A stretch of 48,989 bases of DNA from Geosiphon pyriformis uo1 (GCA_016748015.1 JAAOMT010000284.1:1-48989), one strand, 5' to 3'; shown: positions 25,183 through 37,380, counted from the first letter of the stretch. Notes: generated from the letters alone by a model not told the origin. Made by a program: numbers and translations.

Positions 25183-26086
25183 TGTTACTCATAAAAAAAA
25201 AACAGATATAGAAAATAGCAGACCAATGAGAGAATAATATTTAGTACGTGAACACATTGCTCAGCAATGTGGAGCAATATCAGAAATCATGGCACATTGC
25301 TCAGCAATATGGAGCAATGTCAGAAAACATGGCACATTGCTCAACAATGTGGAACAATGTCAGAAAACATGGCACATTGCTCAGCAATGTGGAGCAATGT
25401 TAAAAAATTAGAGCACATCACTCAGCAATGTGAGCATTGCTCAAGAAATCATAGCACATTGCTCGGAAATGTGAGCAATTTTGTAAAACATCAATTATGT
25501 ATATATAGTGGTAGCATTAGAAGTAAAAAAAACAGAATCATTAGTTAGAAATCTCCTATTCACAAATATTGAATAAATAAATTATTTATCATCCAAATCC
25601 ACTCTTCACTATTAACACTCCATGTTGATAGCAATTGATACTTAACCACACTGGAATAATAGCTCTTGATTATGGCTATTGACAGATACTAACTTGTGCA
25701 TTGCCTTGGCTTATTTTTTTATGTCATTTCTTTTATTTTCTTGTCATAATTGTTGTTATTACTAACTCTATTGAAGATTAATGTGCGGGGTACTGACGTC
25801 AAGATATACTACTGGTAAAAGACTCAGAAATAAAGGTAGGACACTTGATTAAGATTAGCTTACCAGGAGAAACATTGGCCATCACACTAAGAAAGAAATT
25901 GAGAAAACTGTGGTTTTGGAAAGCTATGGATAAAACTATTACCACTGAATCTCTGTTCATTATACAAAGGACTCAACCAAAACTTTCAGATAAACACACC
26001 TTCAGATTGCCATCATTGACAACAGTCTTGAGCACCAAGTTATGGGTTTGTTATTTACTCCAATAATCAAGTAAACACCTATAACA
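25183..26086 (+). repeat. 3' LTR of C (904 bp; 6 units of the 40-bp array)
   Basis: Direct repeat of 15907-16771 with one extra array unit. Confidence 0.93.
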
Positions 26087-26161
26087 TCATTCAGTAATAA
26101 TACAACCTTTCAAACCAAACCAACTTAATTATTAGTAACTCTTTTACAAACAAACACAATA

Positions 26162-28005
26162 ATGGACTTGGACAACTACTCTGCCTTAATGGAATTTTTG
26201 GGTAAAGAACAATACCCATTAGAATACACTCAACAGCAAAGAAAACATTTATGTAAACAATCAAATTTCTATTTGATCCACCAAAACCAATTATATAAAA
26301 GAAACAAAAAAGATTCTGACTGCCTCCAAAGAGTTATCAGATTTGAAGAAAGAGAAATTGTAATATACAACATGCATACTGACCCATTAGCTAAACACTT
26401 TAGAAAAACAAAACCAATTTAGAAAACTTTAGCTTACTATTATTGGCCTATCTTAGGAAAGGACATTGCTAAATACATTAAAATCTGTGACATCTGTTAA
26501 AGAAGAGGCAAATCCAATCACAAAAAAGATATCCATTCAATTTCTGTTGGTCAACCATTTAACAGAATTGGTATAGATGTTGTTAGACCTTTAACAATAA
26601 CTTCTAATGGCAACAAATACATTATTACAGCTACTGACTATCTTACAAAGTAAGTAGAAGCAAGAGCCACTTCAGACCAAACAGCAGTCTTAATAGCCAA
26701 TTTTGTTTATGAAGATATCATCTGCCATCATGGCTGTCCAAAAAACTTTTATCTGATAGAGAAATAGTTTTTCTCAGTATACTGGTTAAAAAACTTTGTA
26801 GAAAAATGGGAATACATCATAAACTTTCTTCTCCTTACTACTCTCAAATAAATGGCTTAGTAGAACGTTTTAATAAAACACTATGTGAAACTCTAGCCAA
26901 AACCAGTGAAGAAACAAACTTATAGGACAAAGTACTGCCTTCAGCTTTGTTTGCTTATAAAACAGTGAATCATGACATAACAAGTTATGAACTTTTTTAT
27001 CTACTCTATGGATATATGGCAACACTACCAATAGAAATTAACATTAAAACAATACTCTTTGAAGAAATCACAATAAGAAATTATAAAAACATTTTGCAAA
27101 GAAGACTTGATAGCATTCTTGACTTCTTGATAGAAGCTTTTGAAAAGATAAAACAGTTCCAAAAAAAGCTTAAGAAAAAGAAAACCTATAAAACACTTTG
27201 GTGATTTGGTATTGGAATACTATTCTAACAGAGACAATGTTTATAGTGATAAATTCTTTAGCTGGTAAAAAGAACCCTTTTTAGTCAACAAAGTTTTGAA
27301 CAATAGTTTTTATATTCTTCAAGATCAATCTAAAACAATCTTCAATGATTGTCTTGTTTTTTTTTTTTGTTAATGTGTAGCCATATTGGTCTTTTTTTAA
27401 TTTAGCCATATTGGTCTTTTATTAGTTTAGTCACACTTAAAAAGCATGGCTTTTTCATAAAGCCAACTCACTCAGTACTCTAAAATACAAGATATGGCTA
27501 ACCACTAAGTAATTATGCCTAACTACATGCTAGTATAACCAGAAAACTTAAGGGGTATTACATTATTACATAAAGTAATTCTACTACTTAATACATTAAT
27601 CAATATTTTATTACAATGTGTGAATCTATTGCTTATTTTAATATTGGATTTGCCACTACCTTTATTACTATTCCTTGGCTTTTTGTGTATGCTGGCCAAT
27701 TGTAATAAATTTCTCTTAACTTTATTATCAATTTTCACTGATTTTTTCTATTCAGCTTGTAATTTGCAAAGTTTTCTCCATAATCTATTCCTCACTTGAG
27801 TCACTGCTCATTTACACACCTTAATTAAAACATTATTATTAGTCTTTTGATCAATATTAGCAAAAGCATTGATTCTTTCGAATTGCTCATTGATTAATCT
27901 GATTATCCTGTTGATGATATATAACTCAAAAAATATCATAAACAATCTGATTAGTTGTCTGTTGTGGTAATACCAACTCAAATGATTAGCAAAAATCAAG
28001 TATAA
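26162..28005 (+). pseudogene. Integrase of X (separate ORF), interrupted by a truncated LINE
   Basis: ATG at 26162 (MDLDNYSALMEFL...), RIGIDVV, DYLTK*VEA, INGLVERFN; the C-terminus resumes after 27900 (LKKYH...VVVIP). Confidence 0.85.
27359..27899 (-). mobile_element. 5'-truncated LINE (ORF2 C-terminus, 3' UTR, poly(A))
   Basis: Homologous to ~32454-32955 (LINEQF.RINAFANIDQ...GYTSM*); poly(T) on the + strand; imperfect 13-bp TSD TGATTGTCTTGTT (27346-27358) / TGATTATCCTGTT (27900-27912). Confidence 0.82.
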
Positions 28006-28009
28006 ATAA

Positions 28010-28620
28010 ATGCACTATTCCCAAAACAGAGGTATTTTAAATCAACATAAACAATTATTTTCTGGATCAAAACATTCAAAATGCTTTTTATACTCTCCAT
28101 AAGTATTGGATCTGACCATTGGAAAACAAACTATCATAACTGATAACAGTAGAATACATACTGTTATTAGACCAAAGAAAATTACTACCAGAAGAGAAAA
28201 AATTGGTAGCAAAATAGATAAATATCTATTGGAAAGTATAACAGCAGCTATACTCCCATCTTCCAGCACAATTGAAAAACCATTTCAAGAAATCTTATTC
28301 ATAGATAAAAACTTGTCATATAAAAGACAATTAGAATTCTATGGTTGCCTTGGAAAAATTATAGAAAATATAAAACTCATAAAAAAAACAACTTCAGAGA
28401 TACAGGCAGAAATTTTGGTTAGATGTTTCAAGAATTTTAACTATTGCTAAAAGAGCCAAAACTCTAATACAAAGATTTAGTTTCTTAGATACAAAATTCA
28501 TTTTTTCTCAAATATTATACATCTTATCTACCAAAGACTTCAATAAACTAGTTAGCTTTGAATTAAACAAAACTCTTCAAATAGATTATCCCATAAATAG
28601 CTTGATTTTGCTAAAGCTTA
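28010..28620 (+). pseudogene. ORF3 of X (unknown function)
   Basis: ATG 28010 is in frame with ORF 28106-28450 across one TAA. Blocks LDLTIGKQTI, LEFYGCLGKIIE, ILTIAKRAKTL and a degenerate DFA(G)A(Q) end precede the PPT. Confidence 0.6.
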
Positions 28621-28639
28621 ATCTTTTTGAAAAGAATGA

Positions 28640-29274
28640 TATTATGGTTAAAACCCATACTTTTTATTAGTTATCACATGTATTAGCTACTAATATCATA
28701 TAATTAGCCACCCTATTTTTAGATAGTAATTATTGACCTAATCATTGACCTGATTATTGATTACTTTTGATAGCTATATAAGCAATAAATCTTTTAGCTA
28801 TAGAAAAACATGTCAGAAATCAAAAAAATCAAATAAAAAAATAACAACTTTTATCTTAATCTTTTTCTTATTGCTAATTTCTCTTTTTCTATTTTTAAGT
28901 ATTCGAATATCTTAGGATAAAAGATTACTTTTTGGTTATTCCTTATCTTTTTCTGAAAACGTGTAATTGTAGTATTTAAAGATTATTGAATAAAATGTAA
29001 CTGAAGAATACATCTAATACCTAATATTGAATTCTAAGAGCACTAATGTGAAGCATAAAATTATACCAGTATGTAATTATTTATTGACAGTATGAACTAT
29101 TCCTCTATCTTCAGATTCTCTGGTTATCCTTGAAAAATATAGTGACTAAGATATTTTATGAGACTGATCTTGCACATTGAATCTATACTTATTCAATTCA
29201 CTCTTTGAAGTTAAACTCTCTTTGATTCTTTTCATTACCCTACAATTTTGTTTTCTCTTGCTATTAGTTAGCTT
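28640..29274 (+). repeat. 3' LTR of X (terminal ~16-20 bp missing at the insertion of an ORF1-only element)
   Basis: Starts T[A]TTATGGTTAAAACCCATA; homologous to 33820-34450 and 47415-48128; preceded by purine-rich GAAAAGAATGA. Confidence 0.85.
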
Positions 29275-31673
29275 TTTTTTGTTTTTTTTTTGTTAATATG
29301 TAGCCACGTTGATTGTTTATTAATTATGTTCACAGTAATATGGCACTTTTATAAAACCAGCTTACCCAATAATACAAAATCACAAAATGCAACTAATTAC
29401 AAATGGAAAGCCTTAACTACATGCTAGTACTATCTTTGCTATTTAATATATCAAACATATCTAATTTATACATCTTACCCATAATGCTAACAAGCTCATA
29501 ACTATTTTTAACCATACTACTTATCCACTTAGCAGTCTGATTAGGACTGAATTTAATACTGGAAGGCTGATTTTTCCAAAAATATATCATAACATTAAAG
29601 GTGTTATCATAAACTGAAAAATCTTTAACATTATTGTCATCATCATCAACCATGTCATCATTATCAGATGCATTCTCTAAGCAGACCCACTCACATTTTT
29701 TCTCAAAGTGTGTTATTTTTTTTTGCATCATGAAAGCAACAGCAGCCAAGTCTTTATTTTGCTTAGCCAACTCAGCCACACATTTTTTAACTAATGCATT
29801 CACAGCAGATAGAGTAAACAGCAATTTGGTAACCAACACAACCAGAGCACCAACAGATTCAACTAAGAATTTTATCAACACAGACAGTTTACTAAGATGG
29901 AATTCCAGAGAAGCCAACCTAAATTCAACAGCAATATTGAAAGCAAAAGAGACAACAGGCAACATAGGTGTTGTAGTTTTGGGGAGACCACCAAGATCCA
30001 AGTTCATTTCAGCAGCAGCAACAACAAAAAAAACCACAAAGGCAGCAGCTTTGGCATAAAATTTTGATCCAGCAAATGAAGGTTTGAAAACTCTGGAGCC
30101 ACCAGAAGTGTTAAAAGATAGTTTGGGTGGGAGAAAAGGTGATCTCTTATAGTCTATAGCCAAATAAGTCAAGTCTTGACACTTGTAGCAGTGGCAACAT
30201 TCAGAAGTTTTCCACCAAATGCAGCAACCACACAAAATACCAGTTTTTGAAACAACAGTATTCAAAGATTTCAAAGAATCAAAGATAATTACAGCAAAGC
30301 ATTAACATTGGTAAAATTCAGGAGAGTAAGGAATGAAACATGTATGGCCACCAATTTGAGAGACCAAATCACTTATCTCAAAGACAATACAGCCAAAGGA
30401 AAGATTAACCAACTTAGCCTTAAAAGTGTCTCTTGAAGAAATAACATTATTTTGGTTGACAACAAGGAGAATTTTAACACTGTCTTTTCTAACCAGCACA
30501 GACCAGTGAGTAAGAGCAGCAACAGCAAAAGAAGTGTTTTTGAAATGAACCACAGCATATTGCCATAAGCCAGCAGGCTTTAACTTAACAGAAATAACAA
30601 CACCAAAAATGCCAAGAGCAGATTTGATGTCATCAGAGAAGATACCCAAAGGTACATTATAAAGTACAACTGACAAAGGAAGAGAAGAAACAGAGGCCAT
30701 ATTAGAAAACCATGCAATCTTATGAGTAGTCAAAAAAATTTTATTACCAATGGCCACTTTGGTGGCACCATTTAGACTCTTCTAAAATGCAAATTTCACA
30801 CAGAACAACTTGACAGCATCTTGTGAAACAAACTTAATCCCAATACAACCAGGCAGCAACTGAAACAAGAAACTGAGCAAGGCCATCTTGATCTTAAATG
30901 TAGCACCAGATACAAGATTGAAGGCCACTCAACCAAAGAACTTTTGACAACCATTCACATTTTTCCAAGCATTACCATCAGCAGCACCAGAGATTAAGGG
31001 AGGAGTAGTTGATTCCATTTTCATCTAATCAGCCCAATCTTTGAGATTATCTGAAATAATAGGTTGTTTTACTACTGAGATTGGTGATAATCTACTAAAG
31101 AGTATCACATTAGACAACACAGCCAGTAGTTGATCTTGGCCCATCTTGGGAGATGTGCTGCTGTTGTTGTCATCCATATCAGGAAAAGGGCTGGCTGCTG
31201 CTGTGGAGATCTTACCAAAGATCTCATCTGGAACTACAAAGGAGTTTGGTGTAACCATAGCAGTTGTAACTGCCTGCTGCTGTTTTTTGGAATTTTTTGC
31301 TTTCACAGTCATTTGTGAAGCAGTAGAAATAGTAGTAGTAGTAGTAGAAGTGGTGAGAGTGGAAAAGACCAGTTTGTTAACTGGTCTGTTATTAAAAATC
31401 TTTGGGCTCTTAGAAGTAGTAGAGACAACACTGAGACTAACCCAAGTGTGTCTTTTGGAAGAAACTTTGACTGGAAAAGAACTACCAGCCAAAGGTAAAG
31501 CACTAATATTTTTTAAAAGAAATATAGCCAGAATGTTTTGTCTAGCTGTTTCAATAATTAAGAGACCCTCTTGTGTTGAAACTTTATTAGTTACTATAAG
31601 AAAAATAACATTTGCAACTTTTTTACTCTTAGCTCTAGTCATGGTCATAAAATTTAGAAGAGAAAAAGTTTTT
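29273..31673 (-). mobile_element. ORF1-only non-LTR element, copy 1 (~2.4 kb, HAL1-like)
   Basis: Poly(A) tail, LINE-type 3' UTR, one degraded ORF, no endonuclease or RT; possible short TSD TTAGCTT. Confidence 0.8.
29417..31648 (-). pseudogene. LINE ORF1-like nucleic-acid-binding protein (~740 codons)
   Basis: S/T-rich N-terminus; RRM-like blocks (SVVLYNVPLG...IKSALGIFGVVISVKL...QYAVVHF; FKAKLVNL); degenerate knuckle CYKCQDLTYLAID; coiled-coil and acidic tail; ends DSTSM*. Confidence 0.78.
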
Positions 31674-31680
31674 TTAGCTT

Positions 31681-32453
31681 ACAGCTTTTGATATTCTTGC
31701 AGTTAAAATCTTTGTTAAGATTTTTCTAGTGCTTTCAATAAGTGTGATTGGTCTGGTAATATCAATATTGCCATCCCATTCTTTTGGCTTTGGAATCAAT
31801 ATGATCTATGCTATTTTTTACTTTTCAGATATGTTTGCTGCTTCTATGTAAACATTAAGCAATATTCTCAGTTTAGACTTGGTATTAGGCCCAGACTTCC
31901 TTCAAAGTTCAGCTTATATGTCTGATGGGCCAGAAACTTTGTTATAAAGTGTGTAGCTCAATATGTGTTTGAATTCTTCATTTGTTATTTCAGTCATCAC
32001 ATTATCAAAGGCATCTGGAATGCTCTCAATTGGCTTAAACCTGTGTTCCCAACTTTTCCAAAGTTCAGGTTCAAAAATTCTTGTTCTAGTCTACCCTTGA
32101 GCTTTTTTGTTTACTAGATTTTTGATTTCATCAAGATCATCATGAAATTTGCCTTCTTTTATAACATGATTCAGCACTATTCTTTGTTTTTTTCTGTTCA
32201 GAATGCTTTTGATCATTGCTCTTTTGCTTAGCTTAAAGTTTTATTGTCTTTTAATGATATTGTTCACTATCTGTTTTTGCTGTTGTAGCCTGATCCTAGC
32301 ATGCAGTGTAGATTTGTATTCTTTTTTAATGCCTAGTAATTCTACAATAAGCTTATCTTTTGGGAGAGTTATCAAATATGCACTATTTGTTTCAGGTTTC
32401 AATTGTTTCTATTTGGCCAAGAGCTGCATAATATTATTATCATGCATATTTGC
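31681..32453 (-). pseudogene. LINE ORF2 fragment L-a (linker plus RT N-terminus); host of X and of LINE L-b
   Basis: KVSGPSDI..., LIPKPKEWDGNIDITRPITLIESTRKILTKILTARISK matches non-LTR RT domains 0-2. Confidence 0.88.
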
Positions 32454-33819
32454 TTTTTTTTTTTGTTAACATGTAGCCATACTGGTTTTTTATTAGTTTA
32501 GCCACACTCAAAAAGCATGACTTTTTTATAAAGCCAACTCACCCAATAATTTAAATTACAAGATGTGACTAACCACTAAGTGGCTATGCCCAACTACATA
32601 CTAGTATAACCAGAAAATCTATAGGGTATTCCACTATTATATAAAGTACTTTTACTACCCAAAACATTAGTCAATATCTTATTACAACATTGAAATCTAT
32701 TACTAATTTTAATATTGAAATTAACATTACCATTATCACTATTTCTTATGCTGATCACTCATGATGGGTTTTTCTTAACTTTGTTATCAATACCCATCAA
32801 TTTTTCTCACTCAGTTTGTAACTTACAACATTCTTTTCATAATCTATTCCTTGCTTGAGTCACTGACTATTTACATACCTTAATTAAGATATTATTATTA
32901 GCTCTCTGATCAATGTTAGCAAAAGCATTGATTCTTCCAAATTGCTCATTGATCAGTTTTTTGCATAGCAGATTTATGTTGGATGTTGATCTAATGTACT
33001 CATTAGACAGAACAATCCTCTTACCAGGGTCCAAGATTTTATGTTTCCCTCTTACAGTCTTTGATAAGTACAACATCTACTTATTCCATATATCATCTAT
33101 CAGCATTTTGCCCTTTTGAGTATTCAGGGGACATTTCCAAAAGTGTTAGTTGGTTTCTACTTCTGTGTGGCATACTTTACACAGATTGTTCATATATACT
33201 AAAGGGCATCTGTTGTATAGCATCTCTGCTGTTGGCAGCATATTGTGAAATGATTTCATAATAAATGTACACATTGCAGAAGAACCAGCTGAGGTGAATT
33301 CTGATGACATTTTACCATCCCAGTTCTACACTTTGGTTGTGCACTTTCAGTCTACCCTCTAGTCCAAAGACTTTATTGTCTCTTGTACTTTGTTATTGCC
33401 AATCTAATTCAAAGCTCCTTGAATTCCAGTTTGTTGGTTTAGAAAATGTCTAATGTTCAGATCCAATTCAACTCCTCTGCAAGAGGGAATGTAACTGATA
33501 TTCTTAGCATTGTAGGCCCACCCCACTGTGTCAAAAGCAGTAGCTTTTTTGGCTAGTTTGTCAGCCATCTCATTTTCGGATATACCAGTGTGTGTAGCCA
33601 CTTTGTTTATTTTTTATTTTATTTTTTGTTAATGTGTAGCCATGCTAGTTATTTATTAGTTAAGTCCACAGTAATGTGGCAGTTTCATAAAGCCAGTTCA
33701 CCCAATAATACAAAAATCACAAGATGCAGCTAATCACAAGTGGAAAGCTTTAACTACATGCTAGTACTATCTTTGCTATCTAATGTATTAAACATATCTA
33801 ATTCATATATCTTACCCAT

Positions 33820-34450
33820 TGTTATAGTTAAAACTTATACTTTTTATTAATTATTATATGTATTAGCCACTGATGTCATATAAATTAGCCACTTTATTTT
33901 TAGAAAGTGATCATTGACCACTTTTGATAGCTATATAAGCAATGAATCTCTTAGCTGTAAAAAAGCATGTAAAAATCAAGAAAATCAAATAAATAAAATA
34001 ACAACTTTCATCTCAATCATTCTCTTATTACTAATTTTCTTTTCCTTATTTTCAAGTATCCAAACATCTTAGAATAAAAGATCACTTGTTGGTTATTTCC
34101 TACCCTTTTTCCTGAAACGTGTAATTGCAGCATTTAAAAATTATTGAATAAAACGTGACTGAAGAGTACATCTGATACATGATATTGAATTCTAAGAGCA
34201 CTGACATAAGACATAGAATTATATCAGACATGATCATTTGTTGACAGTATGGACTATCCCTCTATCTTCAGATTCCCTGGTTATCTTTGAAAAATATAAT
34301 GACTAAAATATTTTATGAAACTAATCTCGCACATTGAATCTATACTTATTCAATTTGCTCTTTGAAGTTGAATTCTCTTTGATTCCTTTCATCACCCTAC
34401 AAATCTGTTCTCCCTTGCTATCCATTAGCTTGTTACTCCAACCTGTAACA
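33820..34450 (+). repeat. Solo LTR of the X family (631 bp)
   Basis: TGTTAT...GTAACA flanked by a perfect 4-bp TSD CCAT (33816-33819; 34451-34454). Confidence 0.93.
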
Positions 34451-35573
34451 CCATAATGCATACAAGTTCATAACTACTCTTAACAAGACCACTCATCTAT
34501 TTAGTAGTCTAATCTGGATCAGATTTGATATTAGAGAATTGAACTTCTCATAATTCCATCATCACATTAAATGTGTCATCATAGACTGAAAAATCTTTAA
34601 CATCATTATCATTATCTTTTTTTTCATCATCTATGTCTTCATCATCAGATATGTCAAAGTGGATCTTTCCACTCCTTAACTTAATGGCCCACACTTCCTT
34701 TTGCAGCACAAAAGCCACAGCATGAACAGCATTAATTTGGTTTTCCAATCCAATCACACTTTTCTTCATTGCCTCTGCCATAACAGGTGGAGTAGACAAT
34801 AATTTAGTAACCAACACAACCAAAAAACCCACAGGCTCAACTATAGATTTGATTAACAAAGACAGTTCACTAAGTTAGATTTTCAGAGAAGCCAACTTAG
34901 CATTAACAGCAACATCTGAACCAGAAGAGACAACAGGCAACAAAGGCACAACACCTTTGGAGGGGGCACCAAAAGCCAAATCTGTATTAGCAGCAGCAGC
35001 AACAGAAGGAACCACAAAGGTGACAGCTTTGGCATAAGATTTAGCTCCAACAAAGAATGACTTGAAGATATTAGAACTACTAACAGAATTAAAAAAAAGT
35101 TTGGGAGAAAGAAGTAGTAACACCTTGCAGTCCACAGCCAAATGATCCAAACTTTGACATCTGTAATAGCGACAGCATCTAGAAGTTTCTTACCAGATGT
35201 GACAGCTATGTAAGGTACCAGTTTTTGAAACAGCAGCATTCAAAAATTCCAAGGAATTAAAGGTCACCACAGCAAAGCATTGACATTGATAGAAATTAGG
35301 GGAGCAGAGAATGAAACATGTACAGCCATTAACTTGGGAGACCAGATTACTTATTTCAAATACAGTGCAGCCAAATTAAAGATTGACCAGCTTAGCTTTA
35401 AAAATGTCTCTTAAGAAGATAACCTCCTTTTGGTTGGCAATGAAGAGAATTCTAACACTGTTTTTTCTGACCAAAACAGACCAGTAAAAGAAAACAGTAG
35501 CAGCAGAAGAAGTGTTCTTAAAATTAACCACAGCATATTGCTATAAGTCAGCAGACTTTAACTTAACAGACGT

Positions 35574-36545
35574 TGTTACTGGAGGTTTTTAGTCTTTTTT
35601 CTGTAATGTTGTTGGTATCTGTTTGTTATGAATTCACATTTTCTGGATGTGGTTGAACTTTTAATAACTGAATTTTCTCTTCAAATTATCTTCTATAATT
35701 TGAACTGCTGGGCTTATAAGTGGAATGGCCAATTTCTTGCCAATTACTTTATGTAGTTACATTGTAATAAATGTCAACTCTTTCTCAGGAATTGCTCGTT
35801 TGAAAGCTCATTAAAAATGTGTAGTTACTTTGCTGTGAAAGTCAACTCTTCTACAGGAATTTTATCTGTAGGCTATTCTAATGATTGTAATAAAAAAAGA
35901 GAAGAAAAATAAAAGAAATGTAAAAGAAATAGAATTTTATCAAGGAAAACGTTTTCTATTTAGGCCTGGAGTCACTAACAGTTTATTGAAATTGGTAGCT
36001 AATCAATTTCAAAACATTAGTTGGGTTTTGAGAATTTTTCAAGTGCAATAATTAAAGAATTTGGTTTTTCAAATTATTTGATATTTATTTCTTTTTGTGT
36101 GTATGGGAATGGTTCTAAGTGACAAATCTAAAGTAAGATACATTTTCTTGAAGAGAAAAACTCTTCTTTTATACAACTTGTTGTAGTACTAGTCTATGAA
36201 CTTGCACTTTTTCTTTTTGCTCAAATTTTGGTGAATTAAAGATACATTTTGATGAACTACAAGTTATTTTGCTAAACTATTGATTAATTTGGGTGAACTA
36301 TTCATAATTTCGGCGAATTTCTGTAAATTTCGGCGAATTTTAGAATATTACAAAGTTTAGGGTATTGTGTAATTTGATCATCCTACTTTTTGTTATACTA
36401 ATTAGATTCTTTTAATTGAATTGTAATATGTGATAATTGATTAAATAATAAATAATAATTTGAAATGATATTAATATACTAATTAATTATAGGAATTATA
36501 AGGATAATTTCATGCTAATTAATAGCTAAAATTCTACTGGTAACA
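35574..36545 (-). repeat. 3' LTR of D
   Basis: Direct repeat of 44506-45477. Confidence 0.94.
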
Positions 36546-36558
36546 TAATCTCCTCCTC
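36546..36558 (-). promoter_or_regulatory. Polypurine tract of D (GAGGAGGAGATTA)
   Basis: Abuts the 3' LTR. Confidence 0.85.
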
Positions 36559-36645
36559 AAAACTGAGCTCTGTCAAAGTCCAAGCACTATTTGTAATATT
36601 GAGATAGTGATCCAAAATAATTGAAGTAATCTGGTCTAAAAATTG

Positions 36646-37233
36646 TTAAAATTTCAGTTCTGTGAGTTTGCCAATATATTGGATTTTTATTGGTTGCAAT
36701 ATTAGATTTTGTAGAACATTTTCACAAGTATTAAACAAATCATAGAGTCTAAAAGCTGCTCTAAGTTTGTAGTGAGTGTTTGTTGGTCCAGCTGCTGTTT
36801 TGAATTCATTGTGGATTTGTTTTTGTATAGCTTCAGGAGTGAGATTTGTTGCTTTAAGTTCCAGTTTTCGTTCATAAAGTGTTTTTCCAATGTAAAAGTA
36901 TTTATAGATAGAGGTGTGTTCATTGTTCTGTTTATTGAGAAGTAGTAAAAGTTTTTGTTGCATTGTAGCATTTGGTGGAATGTCAATAGGGGCAATTAAA
37001 AGATTTTCTTCTAGTGCTTGCTTCAAAAGTCTTGGTAACCTATTTTCAGAGTGACTTCTTGTTTTTCTTTTATAGAGGTGATAGTTCTGTGAATGATTTG
37101 CTATTGGGGCTGTGGTTTCTTTTTGAATGTAATTAATTTGACTTCCATTAATTGTTATGGATAAGTCAGGAAGTGTTTTTAAGGCTAACATTAACTTTTG
37201 GGATATTTGTTGAATATTTCGGGGAATAATCAT
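36646..37233 (-). CDS. ORF3 of D (195 aa open; probably extended to ~36557 originally); unknown function
   Basis: Sense ORF between IN and PPT with its own ATG; homologs at the same position in C and X; no signal peptide or TM segment is evident. Confidence 0.8.
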   Translation of the reverse strand: MIIPRNIQQISQKLMLALKTLPDLSITINGSQINYIQKETTAPIANHSQNYHLYKRKTRSHSENRLPRLLKQALEENLLIAPIDIPPNATMQQKLLLLLNKQNNEHTSIYKYFYIGKTLYERKLELKATNLTPEAIQKQIHNEFKTAAGPTNTHYKLRAAFRLYDLFNTCENVLQNLILQPIKIQYIGKLTELKF

Positions 37234-37380
37234 GATAAAATTGACTAATTATGAAAAGAGAAAATAAGGAAAATTATTTTTGGGGTATGGGGTTTTTATT
37301 TGTTTTTGGGTTTGGGTGTTTTTGTAATTTATTTACTATTTTTTTCTCTTTGTGTTTTTATTGGGGAATTATTGTAAAAT

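Larger units (their letters stand above)
15907..26086 (+). mobile_element. Full-length Ty3/Gypsy element C (dUTPase-bearing, degraded, 10180 bp)
   Basis: Two LTRs, PBS, PPT and a 4-bp TSD CCAT/TCAT (15903-15906; 26087-26090); inserted at the RNase H end of X. Confidence 0.95.
11876..29274 (+). mobile_element. Ty3/Gypsy element X (no dUTPase; degraded), interrupted by B, C, a truncated LINE and an ORF1-only element
   Basis: gag is homologous to X2. PR, RT and RH run to 15906. IN resumes at 26162 after C. ORF3, a degenerate PPT and the 3' LTR (28640) follow. Confidence 0.85.

Noticed and set aside
28042-28269. Minus-strand ORF with a TM-like stretch
   Set aside because: It is antisense to X ORF3 and is not seen in C or D.
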